A program made the position numbers and the translations under genes. From a virus, in the IMG/VR virus record IMGVR_UViG_3300045988_057057, positions 1 to 38,104 of that record: a DNA stretch of 38,104 bases. One strand, given 5' to 3'. Positions 22,601 to 30,753 of the stretch are shown in pieces. The notes under the pieces were generated by a model. It was not told where the DNA came from. It made no database searches and worked only from the letters and a program-made list of their open reading frames with translations. How positions within the stretch are numbered: the stretch's first letter is position 1; every line of letters begins with the position of its first letter.

Positions 22601-25230
22601 ATTACGAGGTCAAGCTTGACAAAGACCTTGCCGCTGAGTATATGAATGCCAAGACCGACGAGCAGCGCGATGCGGTGTTATCCAAGATTCAGCAGAATAT
22701 AGCTGACCAGATACCGAGCACGTTCGGTGAAAAGTGGAACGCGATACGCTACGTAAATATGCTGGGCAACTTCAAGACTCAGATTCGCAACGTTGGCGGC
22801 AACACGCTTATGATGGCAACGCAGATGACAAAGAACCGCGTCAAAGCCGCAGCGGAAGCGATAGATAATCTTTTCCGGGCAGAGGACAAAAAAATAGAGC
22901 GCACGGCTGCTTTCCGCGTCGGGAAACAGCTCAGGGCAGAAGCGGCGGCAGACTTTGAGAGCATCAAAGACATAGCCCGCGGCGAGGGCAAATATAACGA
23001 CAATGCCAAGATGGCAAAGGAGATACAGGACAAGCGCCGTATATTCAACTCTAATCTGCTTGAAGCTTACCGCAAGGCCACTAACTGGGCAATGGACGCA
23101 GGAGACGTTATTTTCCTGAAAGCTAACTATGCCGACGCTCTCGGCGGCTGGCTGAAAGCGCACGGAATCAAGAGTATGGCAGATGCAACGCCTGAGCAGC
23201 TTGACCGGGGCAGAGCCTACGCCATAAAGGAAGCGCAGGAAGCGACGTTCAGGGACGATAATGTTGTCTCCAAAGCGGTGAACAAAATCGGCAGGAATCC
23301 TATCACGGAGGGCATAATCCCCTTTAGGAAAACTCCGGCAAACGTCGCGGTCAGAGCGGTCGAATACAGCCCGTTAGGCATTGCGGAAACTATATACAAG
23401 GGCATACAGACAAAGAGCGGGAACGCAAATGCAAACGACGTAATCAACAGCCTTTCCAAGAATGTAGTCGGTTCTACGTTGGCTTTTGCGGGATATGCAC
23501 TTGCAAAGGCAGGCTTTGCGCGCGGCAGCGAGGATGACGATGAGCTGGACTCGTTCCAGAAAATGCAGGGCAAGCAGGATTATGCCGTCAAAATCGGCGA
23601 TAAGTGGATATCGTTGTCTCAGCTCGCCCCGAACTCCGTGCCGCTGTATATGGGCGTTATGCTGTATGAGGCTCTGGACGGCGGCGGTCTGACATGGGAA
23701 AGCGCATACAAAATACTCGGCTGTCTAAATGACCCTCTGATGGACATGTCCATGCTGAGCGGTGTAAACGATGCACTGTCCGACGTGATTACATACGGCG
23801 ATGACGGCACAATGGTGTGGAAAGTGCTCGGTAACGCAATGATGAGCTATCTCACGCAGGGCATAAACAACTCCCTTGTAGGTCAGGCTGAACAGGCGTG
23901 GGAAGAGAACCGCCAGACTGTATACTCCGACAAGGACAGCGTTTTGCCGAGTAATGTGCAGTATAAGCTTGGTAAAGCGATGGGCAAGATTCCCGGAGTG
24001 GATTACCATCAGCAGGACTATGTTGACGCTTGGGGAAGAACGCAGTCCAACGGATCAGCTGGCAAAAGGATATTCGATGCGTTTATCAATCCCTTTTACA
24101 GCGGCACTGACACGACGACAAAGGTTGATACAGAGCTGGAGCGCCTTTACAAGGCTGGAAAAAATGTTGACGGATTCCCCAATGTTCTGCCGCAGAAGGC
24201 AGCGCGGTCGACGGAGTACGTCAAGGGCACGTCCATGACCCCGGACGAGTACAAGCAGTACAGCATAGACAGGGGGCAAAAGTCACTTGAGCTTGTGAGT
24301 GACTTTATGGAGAGCGACGAATATAAGATCATGTCGGATATCCAGCGCGCCGGAGTCATAAGCGATTTGTATTCCCTCGCTGCCGACCGGGCGTTGAAAA
24401 GCGTCAAGACCTCTAACGGCATAGCGTACACCGGGAAGCTTGATGATGTGGCAAAGCTCAAAGATGTCCCAGAGTTTTACGCTTCAAAGGAAATCCTTTC
24501 CGGAGCAAAGGACAACACCAAAGAGAATTTCGACGCCATTGACCAAGTCCTCAAAAACTTCGGCCATCTCAAGGATGACACTCAGACAGCCCTAAAGGCT
24601 TCCGAGCTGAATGTCAATCCGCTACTGTACGCTCAAACCATGGGCATAAAGTCAAAGAGCTGGTACGACACCAAGGCGGCAGTTGACAAGGCAAAGGGCA
24701 CCCTCGGCGGCACCGATAATGCGATAGCTATTGCAGTTTATAACAGCATGAAGGGCAAGTCTGATGCTGAAATCCTTGATGCAATCCGCGCACAGGTGAC
24801 ACCTAAAGCCGGTGGTCAGCAGAGTGCCGTTGTGCGCCGTGCCGAAGCGTACACGACAGTCGCTAAGGGCAATGCTGACCTCGGCTCATGGCTCAACCTC
24901 GTTGCTGCACTTCACAACGCCGACGAGAATAGCAAGCCGAATAAGGACGAAGTGTATGCTGCTTGGCGCAGCCTTGGCTTGAGGGACAATCAGACATACG
25001 CCGGAATAACCCGCGACGATTTTTACAACATCGTGAAAAGTTCCGGGAGCTACGCAACAAAGGATGATTATGCCACTCAGATCGACAAGGATTACGCCAA
25101 AATCGACCCTGCCGTTGAAAAGGAAAAAACCACTTTCCCCACCACTCCGGTAACGGAAGAAACCGGCAATTCCAAGTCAGGCAAGACCTCGATGGAGGAT
25201 TACTACCGTGCGCTTGGCCTTATAAAGTAA
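19639..25230 (+). CDS. Giant multidomain virion-associated protein (1863 aa)
   Basis: Single uninterrupted ORF of 5.6 kb at the end of the late operon. It has coiled-coil, Gly-rich and low-complexity linkers between globular segments. Confidence 0.85.
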   Translation: MTETEFFQKYTGDGSSGNSASSGGAPTRRRTSPLEDYYNEKRQKQAIENANEIINSDILHGGTKPVGWQQKTAQPSGTSGASTSSRGRGLVGGLRDAWLDKHPNVPTISAKDLPSANQTVYDLQQRKKELEGEKAKNARYSLVDGVLTNNNTDYDAEIADIDKRIAETKTQDDYRTVWDKLVDTVTGAVTGSAASKSDAMRTLYESGQNSRTAEYEREIAQLQKDYDRAKRDYEETLELEGEDAAQWAKNTLDDVERKLNAYKKVVDENVQQKATQATADLADQLQQDSAERIERSKDGSGAVGRFAVDAGVAATQMGIDALTGRALGIGDVGSKASMALRAFGGGTQEARQGGGDLKQQLGYGGGVAAVELITEKLFDGLAGIYGKGTLDKVAEGVIGNLAKTDAGRTALRVLAGGIGEGSEELISDALNPLLRTIYNGKTVGESYSEEQIADWGYDFLVGAVLGAGGKTVDIATGENAKKNAELRSGSVDSAIELMTGKKAASEPQSAAEAQGDITTPPTPSNDAVARAETLNSTVNNNAETQNADAQKNTVPTGTENSNDIEISKGPSALGANAKGAANTLARNISIMENDAPVASLSGKEMQSKTKKISDQIMDFFAQLGGAVDRPGFGDVELGKYGQSAILNHRPLNRAKMVSLSAVPEVIAEGKIISDVDNWKGRGYRSVIFAAPVEIAGERTYVAAVVNQFPGSNKFYLNECVDTEGNYLRINEVPSGNTKIGFTAADGITEGPKGTPPTLDGGSPEQSSLSSDVSSVEDISFTDSIPTAEQNVNSGQAENSGSSEQRAKTNLGSKSTRAKTSQAVETLMEADITPEARQEQLNPYIKNGRFDYIPDTNKAQVSRATKKIANVGWEQAVKDFHDNVISGKSSKDLVAEGAILLNNAANSDASGRAYLDLANDFIEMAHRAGETLQAIKVLQQLSPSGRLYLMTKNVKAINESLTKGQRKAIAKKQEGSNYKNISAEDIYSNYEVKLDKDLAAEYMNAKTDEQRDAVLSKIQQNIADQIPSTFGEKWNAIRYVNMLGNFKTQIRNVGGNTLMMATQMTKNRVKAAAEAIDNLFRAEDKKIERTAAFRVGKQLRAEAAADFESIKDIARGEGKYNDNAKMAKEIQDKRRIFNSNLLEAYRKATNWAMDAGDVIFLKANYADALGGWLKAHGIKSMADATPEQLDRGRAYAIKEAQEATFRDDNVVSKAVNKIGRNPITEGIIPFRKTPANVAVRAVEYSPLGIAETIYKGIQTKSGNANANDVINSLSKNVVGSTLAFAGYALAKAGFARGSEDDDELDSFQKMQGKQDYAVKIGDKWISLSQLAPNSVPLYMGVMLYEALDGGGLTWESAYKILGCLNDPLMDMSMLSGVNDALSDVITYGDDGTMVWKVLGNAMMSYLTQGINNSLVGQAEQAWEENRQTVYSDKDSVLPSNVQYKLGKAMGKIPGVDYHQQDYVDAWGRTQSNGSAGKRIFDAFINPFYSGTDTTTKVDTELERLYKAGKNVDGFPNVLPQKAARSTEYVKGTSMTPDEYKQYSIDRGQKSLELVSDFMESDEYKIMSDIQRAGVISDLYSLAADRALKSVKTSNGIAYTGKLDDVAKLKDVPEFYASKEILSGAKDNTKENFDAIDQVLKNFGHLKDDTQTALKASELNVNPLLYAQTMGIKSKSWYDTKAAVDKAKGTLGGTDNAIAIAVYNSMKGKSDAEILDAIRAQVTPKAGGQQSAVVRRAEAYTTVAKGNADLGSWLNLVAALHNADENSKPNKDEVYAAWRSLGLRDNQTYAGITRDDFYNIVKSSGSYATKDDYATQIDKDYAKIDPAVEKEKTTFPTTPVTEETGNSKSGKTSMEDYYRALGLIK

Positions 25231-25232
25231 AC

Positions 25233-25257
25233 CAGGCGGGGAAACCCGCCTGTTTTA
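25233..25257. terminator. Terminator hairpin between the convergent late and early blocks
   Basis: caggcggg-gaaa-cccgcctg, an 8-bp stem with a GAAA loop, followed by tttt on the + strand. Weaker in the - direction. Confidence 0.75.
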
Positions 25258-25259
25258 CT

Positions 25260-25619
25260 TTAAATGTCCTGTGTGGCTATCAGCCAATTTTCAATGAGGT
25301 CTCGCAGAAGCTCCTGTGTTGTGCAGCCCTCACGTGCCCTGATTTGGGCGAACTTTCCATACACATCATCCGGCAGACGAACCGTAAGCTTGTTCTTGAG
25401 AGTGCGGTTATCTGCCTTTTTCTTTACCGGGGGAGCAGTGCCGCCAAAGCGGTCGACCAACATACGGTCGAGGGACGGAAGCAGGCACAAGCCGCTTTTG
25501 TCGGGGTTCTCAACGAAGCTCTGATGCACCTTGGAGTAACCGGGCGCAATCTCTTTGACGGCCTTTATCATGTCCTTTGCTGCTATGCCGGTATCGGCAC
25601 GGAATTTCTTATAGTCCAT
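25260..25619 (-). CDS. Protein with C-terminal ribbon-helix-helix-like segment (119 aa)
   Basis: LTVRLPDDVYGKFAQIRAREGCTTQELLRDLIENWL is CopG/Arc-like. Confidence 0.65.
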   Translation of the reverse strand: MDYKKFRADTGIAAKDMIKAVKEIAPGYSKVHQSFVENPDKSGLCLLPSLDRMLVDRFGGTAPPVKKKADNRTLKNKLTVRLPDDVYGKFAQIRAREGCTTQELLRDLIENWLIATQDI

Positions 25620-25785
25620 TATTCTCCTTCCTGTATGTTATCCGGTAATAGTCGGTGTAAAGGAACTTCCCGCAGACGGAGCATTTATGCTTGTCATTCG
25701 GGGCTGGGTTCTGCTGCTCCCTCAAGCCGACGTTGTTTTTGATTGCCTCGCGGCAGTTGTAACAGAGATATGCGTATTTCGTCAT
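25609..25785 (-). CDS. Small zinc-ribbon protein (58 aa; internal start of the 99-aa ORF)
   Basis: AGGAGA SD precedes the ATG at 25785, which lies directly after the upstream stop. CYNC...CSVC motif. Confidence 0.6.
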   Translation of the reverse strand: MTKYAYLCYNCREAIKNNVGLREQQNPAPNDKHKCSVCGKFLYTDYYRITYRKENNGL

Positions 25786-25786
25786 A

Positions 25787-26146
25787 TTAGTTCTCCTGAA
25801 GGTATTCACGGTAGTTTCGATATCCGTCAAGCTCGGAAGCGTATTTGCAGGGCTTTTTGACATCGCACTTAGGCCTGTCCTTGCAGTCAGCACAGCCATA
25901 CTTGACATAGCGGGAGCGCCACACTTCGGCTATCATCTGCATCTTGATTCTTTGAGCATCGACCTGCGCGTTATGAGGGCATGACATCGCATATTTCCCG
26001 GCACGGAGATTATTCCCGGCGATGATGTCTATTTGACCGCATTCACACCGGCACTTCCAGTGCGCATTTCTGCGGGGGAGACACGCCCGGCCTATTACCG
26101 TATACGGGCCATACGTTTTCCCTGTCTCGTCAACAAGGGTACTCAT
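25787..26146 (-). CDS. Cys-rich hypothetical protein (119 aa)
   Basis: YGPYTVIGRACLPRRNAHWKCRCECGQ motif, plus a second Cys cluster. Confidence 0.7.
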   Translation of the reverse strand: MSTLVDETGKTYGPYTVIGRACLPRRNAHWKCRCECGQIDIIAGNNLRAGKYAMSCPHNAQVDAQRIKMQMIAEVWRSRYVKYGCADCKDRPKCDVKKPCKYASELDGYRNYREYLQEN

Positions 26147-26553
26147 TTCCCGGTGCTCCCAAAGCCGCCGTTTCCGCGTTCGGTGCTGTCAAGGCATTCT
26201 ACAAGCTCAAGTGCCGGGGTGAAGATTGGCATAATCACAAGCTGGCTGATCTTGTCGCCCTTGTTGACTTCATAAGCGTTTTGACCGTGGTTATAGAGCT
26301 TGACACATATGCTCCCCGTATAACCGCTGTCTATAACCCCCTCGCTGGTTATGTCGTGCTTGACGTTCAGCCCGGACTTGCTCTTGAGCATACCGACATA
26401 GCCCTCCGGTATCTCGATATGTACGCCGGTATCAATGACGGTGCTGCTGTACGGCGGGACATAGGCTCTTATAGGCGAGCGCAGATCATATCCCGCGTCA
26501 AGATCATGCGCACGTTCCGGCAGGTAAGCGCCGGGGTCGATTACAATTTTCAT
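26143..26553 (-). CDS. dut: dUTP diphosphatase
   Basis: AGYDL, SKSGL, GVIDSGYTG, GDKISQLV and RGNGGFGSTG motifs of trimeric dUTPases. Confidence 0.9.
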   Translation of the reverse strand: MKIVIDPGAYLPERAHDLDAGYDLRSPIRAYVPPYSSTVIDTGVHIEIPEGYVGMLKSKSGLNVKHDITSEGVIDSGYTGSICVKLYNHGQNAYEVNKGDKISQLVIMPIFTPALELVECLDSTERGNGGFGSTGK

Positions 26554-26563
26554 TCGTTTTACC

Positions 26564-27100
26564 TCACAAATATCTTTTTGCTTCTTTATGTGCTATGCGT
26601 ACTTCGTTCTCGATGAGCGTGTGGGAGTAGCCTAATATCTCGGCTATCTCTCGGTATGTTTTGCCGTCGTAGCGATACCGCAAGATTTCTCGCTGCCTGT
26701 CGGTCAGACTATCCCACCAAGCTTTACTGTCGCACCAGTCCACGTTTTTTGCCCCAGGCAGGACTTCTTCAAGCTCATACTCGCTGCCGGACTTGTCGTG
26801 TATCGGTGTGCTGAGAGAGATCGTTTCCTGCGCTCTTTTCGTGCGCTTCGAGTTGCGCCATTCCTTGATTATGTCGCGACGTATGTAAGTGTACGCAAGA
26901 GTAGATAGCTGCCACTTTCCTGGCTTGAAGTCTTGGCAAGCTCGCCATAATGCCATTCGCGCAGTCTGCAAAACATCTTCGTCGTTGGCAAGCGCCGGGA
27001 AGAACCGGAGCAGACATTTTCTTGCAAGCTTCTCATTTGCTATGTACAGCTCCTCACAGCTTGTGTTGCTTGCCGTCTCTGGTGACGATTTTGATATCAT
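26564..27100 (-). CDS. Sigma-70 family (ECF-like, regions 2 and 4) RNA polymerase sigma factor
   Basis: LQTARMALWRACQDFKPGKWQLSTLAYTYIRRDIIKEWRN is region 2-like. LTDRQREILRYRYDGKTYREIAEILGYSHTLIENEVRIAHKEAKRYL is a region 4 HTH. Confidence 0.8.
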   Translation of the reverse strand: MISKSSPETASNTSCEELYIANEKLARKCLLRFFPALANDEDVLQTARMALWRACQDFKPGKWQLSTLAYTYIRRDIIKEWRNSKRTKRAQETISLSTPIHDKSGSEYELEEVLPGAKNVDWCDSKAWWDSLTDRQREILRYRYDGKTYREIAEILGYSHTLIENEVRIAHKEAKRYL

Positions 27101-27140
27101 ATCTTACCACACGCAGCGGTCGCACTTGCCGTAGCACTTT

Positions 27141-27677
27141 TTATGTTTTGTCATTGTCTGTCTCCTCCACATAGCACCAGCTCTGCGGCGCGCGCGTGAT
27201 CGGCACCGGTTCTGCTCCGAATTTTGTCTGTCGCAAGCCGGTAAATTCGCGCAGCTCACGCGGTTTGTCGTAGACCTTTAGTCCAGAGATGTGCCAGCCG
27301 AATACGCCGAAATAGCCATATCCTTCTTCCGGAACATTTTTCAGTTCATAAGCTTCAATCTGCTTCCTTGTTAAGCAAGACTGACGCGCCATGTCTTCGT
27401 GAGAAATGTCCACACCATATAAATGGTCTGCCGATGAGTATTGGTAAATCCAGTCGCATACAAACTCCCCGATGACCTTTCCGCCGCCGTAAAACTGTGG
27501 CTTCGGATAATCCGTTTCAATGAAGTCCTCATGCGGGTACCTGGGTAGTGTGCAGTAGATGTAGCACTTGAACGGCGTTTGCAGCTTCGGGCGCGTTTTC
27601 CGCACCTCAATTTTCTTTTCGCCGCTCGCAATCTTCTCACACCACTTTGGGCGAATGCTGATTAAGACTGCTTTCAT
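27141..27677 (-). CDS. ASCH-domain protein (178 aa; internal start)
   Basis: MKAVLISIRPKWCEKIASGEKKIEVRKTRPKL is typical of ASCH N-termini. ATGA overlap with the upstream gene. Confidence 0.7.
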   Translation of the reverse strand: MKAVLISIRPKWCEKIASGEKKIEVRKTRPKLQTPFKCYIYCTLPRYPHEDFIETDYPKPQFYGGGKVIGEFVCDWIYQYSSADHLYGVDISHEDMARQSCLTRKQIEAYELKNVPEEGYGYFGVFGWHISGLKVYDKPRELREFTGLRQTKFGAEPVPITRAPQSWCYVEETDNDKT

Positions 27678-28144
27678 CCACCTGCCTCCAAATCCATCTT
27701 CGCCCCACAGTTGGGGCAGTATTTCATCCGTGCAGCAAATCCAATTTCGCAAGCAGAACAGTACCAAATATCCCCCGCGGCCTGACTGTGGAACGGAACC
27801 CATCGGCCATTGGCGTTCTCCTTGTCCTCAAAGCGTTTGAGGAATTCGCGCAGCTCCGCGCATACCCACCCCGCAAGATAGAGAAGTGCTAACACGCCCT
27901 CCATGCTATCGGTTCCGCCATACAGCCAATCCACCATTGCAAACATAACATCCTCATCAGACATGGTTTCTGGAATCTCGTCTGGTTCCATATATCGGCA
28001 TATAAGCTTTCGCATTAAATCAAGCAGGGTAATGTCTGTGCCGTTCTCTCCGTATCCGCGCACCCACGTTTTGCCGTCTTTGGCATAGAACAGATTCAGC
28101 GACTGTTCTAAATTGCCTTGTGGAGTATTTGTCGTAAGTCTCAT
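27674..28144 (-). CDS. Hypothetical protein with C-terminal zinc ribbon (156 aa; internal start)
   Basis: ATGA overlap with the upstream gene. The C-terminus is NGRWVPFHS...YCSACE...YCPNCGAKMD. Confidence 0.7.
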   Translation of the reverse strand: MRLTTNTPQGNLEQSLNLFYAKDGKTWVRGYGENGTDITLLDLMRKLICRYMEPDEIPETMSDEDVMFAMVDWLYGGTDSMEGVLALLYLAGWVCAELREFLKRFEDKENANGRWVPFHSQAAGDIWYCSACEIGFAARMKYCPNCGAKMDLEAGG

Positions 28145-28563
28145 GTTATTTTCCTTTCTCCGCGCGAGCAAAAATCAAGATCGTCCGTATTGAACTCTCC
28201 ATAGGCGCACCAGCCTAACCAAGTTTCGCCATTTACTTCTTCACAAGGGCGAAAGTGCTTGCAGTCTTTGCACCGCACAACTTGCGCGAAGTCAACAGCA
28301 TTAAAGCTGCTAACGCACCCCAGCACAGCATCTAAAATAGCTTTGTCAATGACGGTTTGTATGCTCACCCTGTTTTCTGCAATAACCGGCATTTCGGCAA
28401 GCGATTGATTGTAATACATAGCCTTGCGCACATTCCATTTGCCATCCCAAAAGTCAATGGCATACCCGGCGCTTTTGGGCGCTTCCATCTTTGCCGATTT
28501 TACTGCGCCGGTTTTGACAAAATAGCTTTCTCGTGTCACCCACGGATTCTTGTATATCTTCAT
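28141..28563 (-). CDS. Hypothetical Cys-rich protein (140 aa)
   Basis: C-terminal VVRCKDCKHFRPCEE...WCAY...FCSRGE. ATGA-type coupling to its neighbours. Confidence 0.7.
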   Translation of the reverse strand: MKIYKNPWVTRESYFVKTGAVKSAKMEAPKSAGYAIDFWDGKWNVRKAMYYNQSLAEMPVIAENRVSIQTVIDKAILDAVLGCVSSFNAVDFAQVVRCKDCKHFRPCEEVNGETWLGWCAYGEFNTDDLDFCSRGERKIT

Positions 28564-28820
28564 TCAGCACCGTCCATTCTCGCGCCGCAACGCCAGCAGT
28601 AATGCCCCTTTATCGCCGTGTGTTTGTTCTCCTGCGCACCGCAATGTGAGCACTCAAAGTATATTTTTCTCGCCGGGGCTGATTTTTCAATCCACCGCCC
28701 ATGCACCACCGGTGCAACGTCAGCAGCAGGAAAATTTTCAATGTCAAATTTTACGTTAAAATATCGGCTCGTTCCCTTCATGTAGTCAAGAAACGCCTCC
28801 CGCTCTATGTATTCAGCCAT
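28560..28820 (-). CDS. Hypothetical protein with zinc ribbon (86 aa; internal start)
   Basis: MAEYIEREAFLDYM...ADVAPVVHGRWI...CSHCG...CWRCGARMD. Confidence 0.65.
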   Translation of the reverse strand: MAEYIEREAFLDYMKGTSRYFNVKFDIENFPAADVAPVVHGRWIEKSAPARKIYFECSHCGAQENKHTAIKGHYCWRCGARMDGAE

Positions 28821-29469
28821 TGTTAGCCCTCCACTTGCAACCGTCGCAAGCACCTAAGTGCTGCAATGTATACTTTCCGCAGTGGAGACACAGTTCATTT
28901 CTCAAATCGTTGAAAAGCTCAACCGGTACTGCGTCAACTGTCGGAATCCGCTTGATAAGCTCTATATGGTACGGCGTGATTCCGAACATCTCTGGGGCTT
29001 GCAGTGCGTCAATCACCTCTTGCCGGTTCATGTATTCAGCCATATAGCCCTCCTCGCTTTCGCGTTTAAAAACCACTACCATCGACGGGAACGGAGCCGA
29101 GTTTTTTGCAGCTCCAAACTTTAGCCGCCCCTTTAGGAAGCGTATCTCCGCCTTGCCGTATATGTAATCGTGAAACCATTTTGTATCCGTGCGCGCCGGG
29201 AGAAGCATTACGACGGTGCAGCGGCTTTCCGCTGCCTTGCGTACCCATTTGCCAATCTCACGGCCATATGGAGGATTGCACCAGCAAACACCCGACCACT
29301 CCTGCGCAAGCCCGTCTTGTTCCGGCGGGTAAAACTCCTTGCACTTTGCGTTATCAGCTGTGGCGCATACGTCGCAAGTAAAACCAAACTCTGCGTCGAG
29401 CGCTTTAAACAGTTCCGGCGGCGTTGCCCACTCGCATGTCGCGGACGAGAACATCAAGTCTTTATTCAT
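28813..29469 (-). CDS. Phage-type DNA N6-adenine methyltransferase fused to a Cys-rich C-terminal module
   Basis: SSATCEWATPPELFKALDAEFGFTCDVCA...WCNPPYGREIGKWVRKA...LLPARTDTKWFH carries the NPPY catalytic motif. An extra module follows from MAEYMNRQEVIDAL...CLHCG...CDGCKW. Confidence 0.8.
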   Translation of the reverse strand: MNKDLMFSSATCEWATPPELFKALDAEFGFTCDVCATADNAKCKEFYPPEQDGLAQEWSGVCWCNPPYGREIGKWVRKAAESRCTVVMLLPARTDTKWFHDYIYGKAEIRFLKGRLKFGAAKNSAPFPSMVVVFKRESEEGYMAEYMNRQEVIDALQAPEMFGITPYHIELIKRIPTVDAVPVELFNDLRNELCLHCGKYTLQHLGACDGCKWRANNG

Positions 29470-30287
29470 CGTTTGCCTCCGAGACGCTTTGCAATCATCT
29501 TGCCGAGCAAGCCCGCCTCTTCAAGCGGAACCTCGCGCAGAACCTTTGCCTTCGGCGCACGTACTTTGCCGGTTTCGTAGAGAGGTACAACGATCTCTGC
29601 CGCATCCACCTCAAGTTCAAGCAGCGCTATATCAGCCCAACTCTGCGCATACGCGCAAGCCCAGCTTGCTGTTGCCATGTGTATACCCTCTCCGCAATCT
29701 TCTTCCGGCTCAACCGTGAAGCCGTTCGCAACTGCCATTTCGCCGATTTCGTAAAAGAAGTCTCTATCCCAATCCGACACATACTCTGTGTCACGCTTAT
29801 GCACTGCCTTGTACAGCTTGATTTTACCGTCAATGATCGGGATATCATTTCCTTCAGCCCAAGCCGTGATGTTGTCGGGGTTGTACACGACACGAGCGTT
29901 TCCGGACACTTTAACATTGCCGCGACGCACAGCGTCTACTATCTGGCTGTTGCCCCACGCCACGACGGAGCTGTTGCCCCACGCCACGACGGAGCTGTTC
30001 TCCCACGCCACGACGGAGCTGTTCTCCCACGCCTCGACGGAGCTGTTCTCCCACGCCACGACGGAGCTGTTCTCCCACGCCTCGACGGAGCTGTTCTCCC
30101 TCGCCACGACGGAGCTGTTCTCCCTCGCCACGACGGAGCTGTTGCCCCACGCCACGACGGAGTATGCATATCTCTTGTTAACGACCGCCCTGTTATATGG
30201 CGTGCCAAACTTAATGATTATTCTGCCGTTGTAATCTACCGGTATTGCATCAAGTTCTGCCTGACTGGTTACTATTTTCTCGTTCAT
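29466..30287 (-). CDS. Octapeptide-repeat protein with globular C-terminal domain (273 aa)
   Basis: AAGGAG SD. Nine perfect-length 8-aa repeats (SVVAWGNS / SVVAWENS / SVEAWENS / SVVARENS) plus degenerate flanking units. C-terminal motif is CGEGIH. Confidence 0.8.
   Translation of the reverse strand: MNEKIVTSQAELDAIPVDYNGRIIIKFGTPYNRAVVNKRYAYSVVAWGNSSVVARENSSVVARENSSVEAWENSSVVAWENSSVEAWENSSVVAWENSSVVAWGNSSVVAWGNSQIVDAVRRGNVKVSGNARVVYNPDNITAWAEGNDIPIIDGKIKLYKAVHKRDTEYVSDWDRDFFYEIGEMAVANGFTVEPEEDCGEGIHMATASWACAYAQSWADIALLELEVDAAEIVVPLYETGKVRAPKAKVLREVPLEEAGLLGKMIAKRLGGKR
29945..30160. repeat. Nine head-to-tail copies of a 24-bp unit (in frame within the 29466-30287 CDS)
   Basis: The unit is gctgtt[gc/ct]cc[a/t]cgcc[a/t]cgacgga. 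Unit types occur in the order A A B C B C D D A. Only four nucleotide positions vary. Confidence 0.95.
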
Positions 30288-30300
30288 TTTATTCTCCTTT

Positions 30301-30753
30301 TCAAAGTCGCCTTTTGGCGTATTCGGCCATTAGCAGAGCCTCTGCCATGCCGTCGTTATCTTTTCTGCATCTTTCTGTCGGCAGCAGCGACACTCCGGGG
30401 AAAAGCCGCTTGCACACCATGATCGAGCTGTTTTTGTCTCCGGTAATGGAAAATTCCTTTTTCCACTTCTGAGGCTGTACGAGCTCGTAGGATATGCCCA
30501 TTGCCTCAAGCACTCCCTGTACCCATCCAAAGGTCTGCCCGAAGTTAAACATACTCGTAACGCCCTGCCCAGGCATTGCGTGAACATGCTCAAGGCAGCA
30601 CACCGAATCAGGCGGGACGCGTGACAGAATTTCTATGTACCGGCTCTTCTCATAGGGAACAACGGTTATGCCGCCGTCGCGGATCACTGCAAGCCCGCCT
30701 TTTGCGCCGGGGTCTATACCTATGTATGTCAACAAGTTACCTCCTTTTGGCAC
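30301..30753 (-). CDS. RuvC-like Holliday junction resolvase
   Basis: YIGIDPGAKGGLAVI, LEHVHAMPGQGVTSMFNFGQTFG, PQKWKK and DGMAEALLMAEYA are RuvC-fold catalytic-type motifs. Confidence 0.75.
   Translation of the reverse strand: MPKGGNLLTYIGIDPGAKGGLAVIRDGGITVVPYEKSRYIEILSRVPPDSVCCLEHVHAMPGQGVTSMFNFGQTFGWVQGVLEAMGISYELVQPQKWKKEFSITGDKNSSIMVCKRLFPGVSLLPTERCRKDNDGMAEALLMAEYAKRRL

Noticed and set aside
29945-30160. Possible CRISPR array
   Set aside because: The units are directly abutting 24-bp repeats with no spacers. They lie in frame inside a CDS, and no cas genes or leader are present.
29424-30422. 332-aa + strand ORF and several other frames open across the 24-bp repeat array
   Set aside because: The tandem repeat lacks stop codons in every frame, so all frames appear open. 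Only the minus-strand frame has an AAGGAG SD, coupling to neighbours and a non-repetitive globular C-terminal domain.
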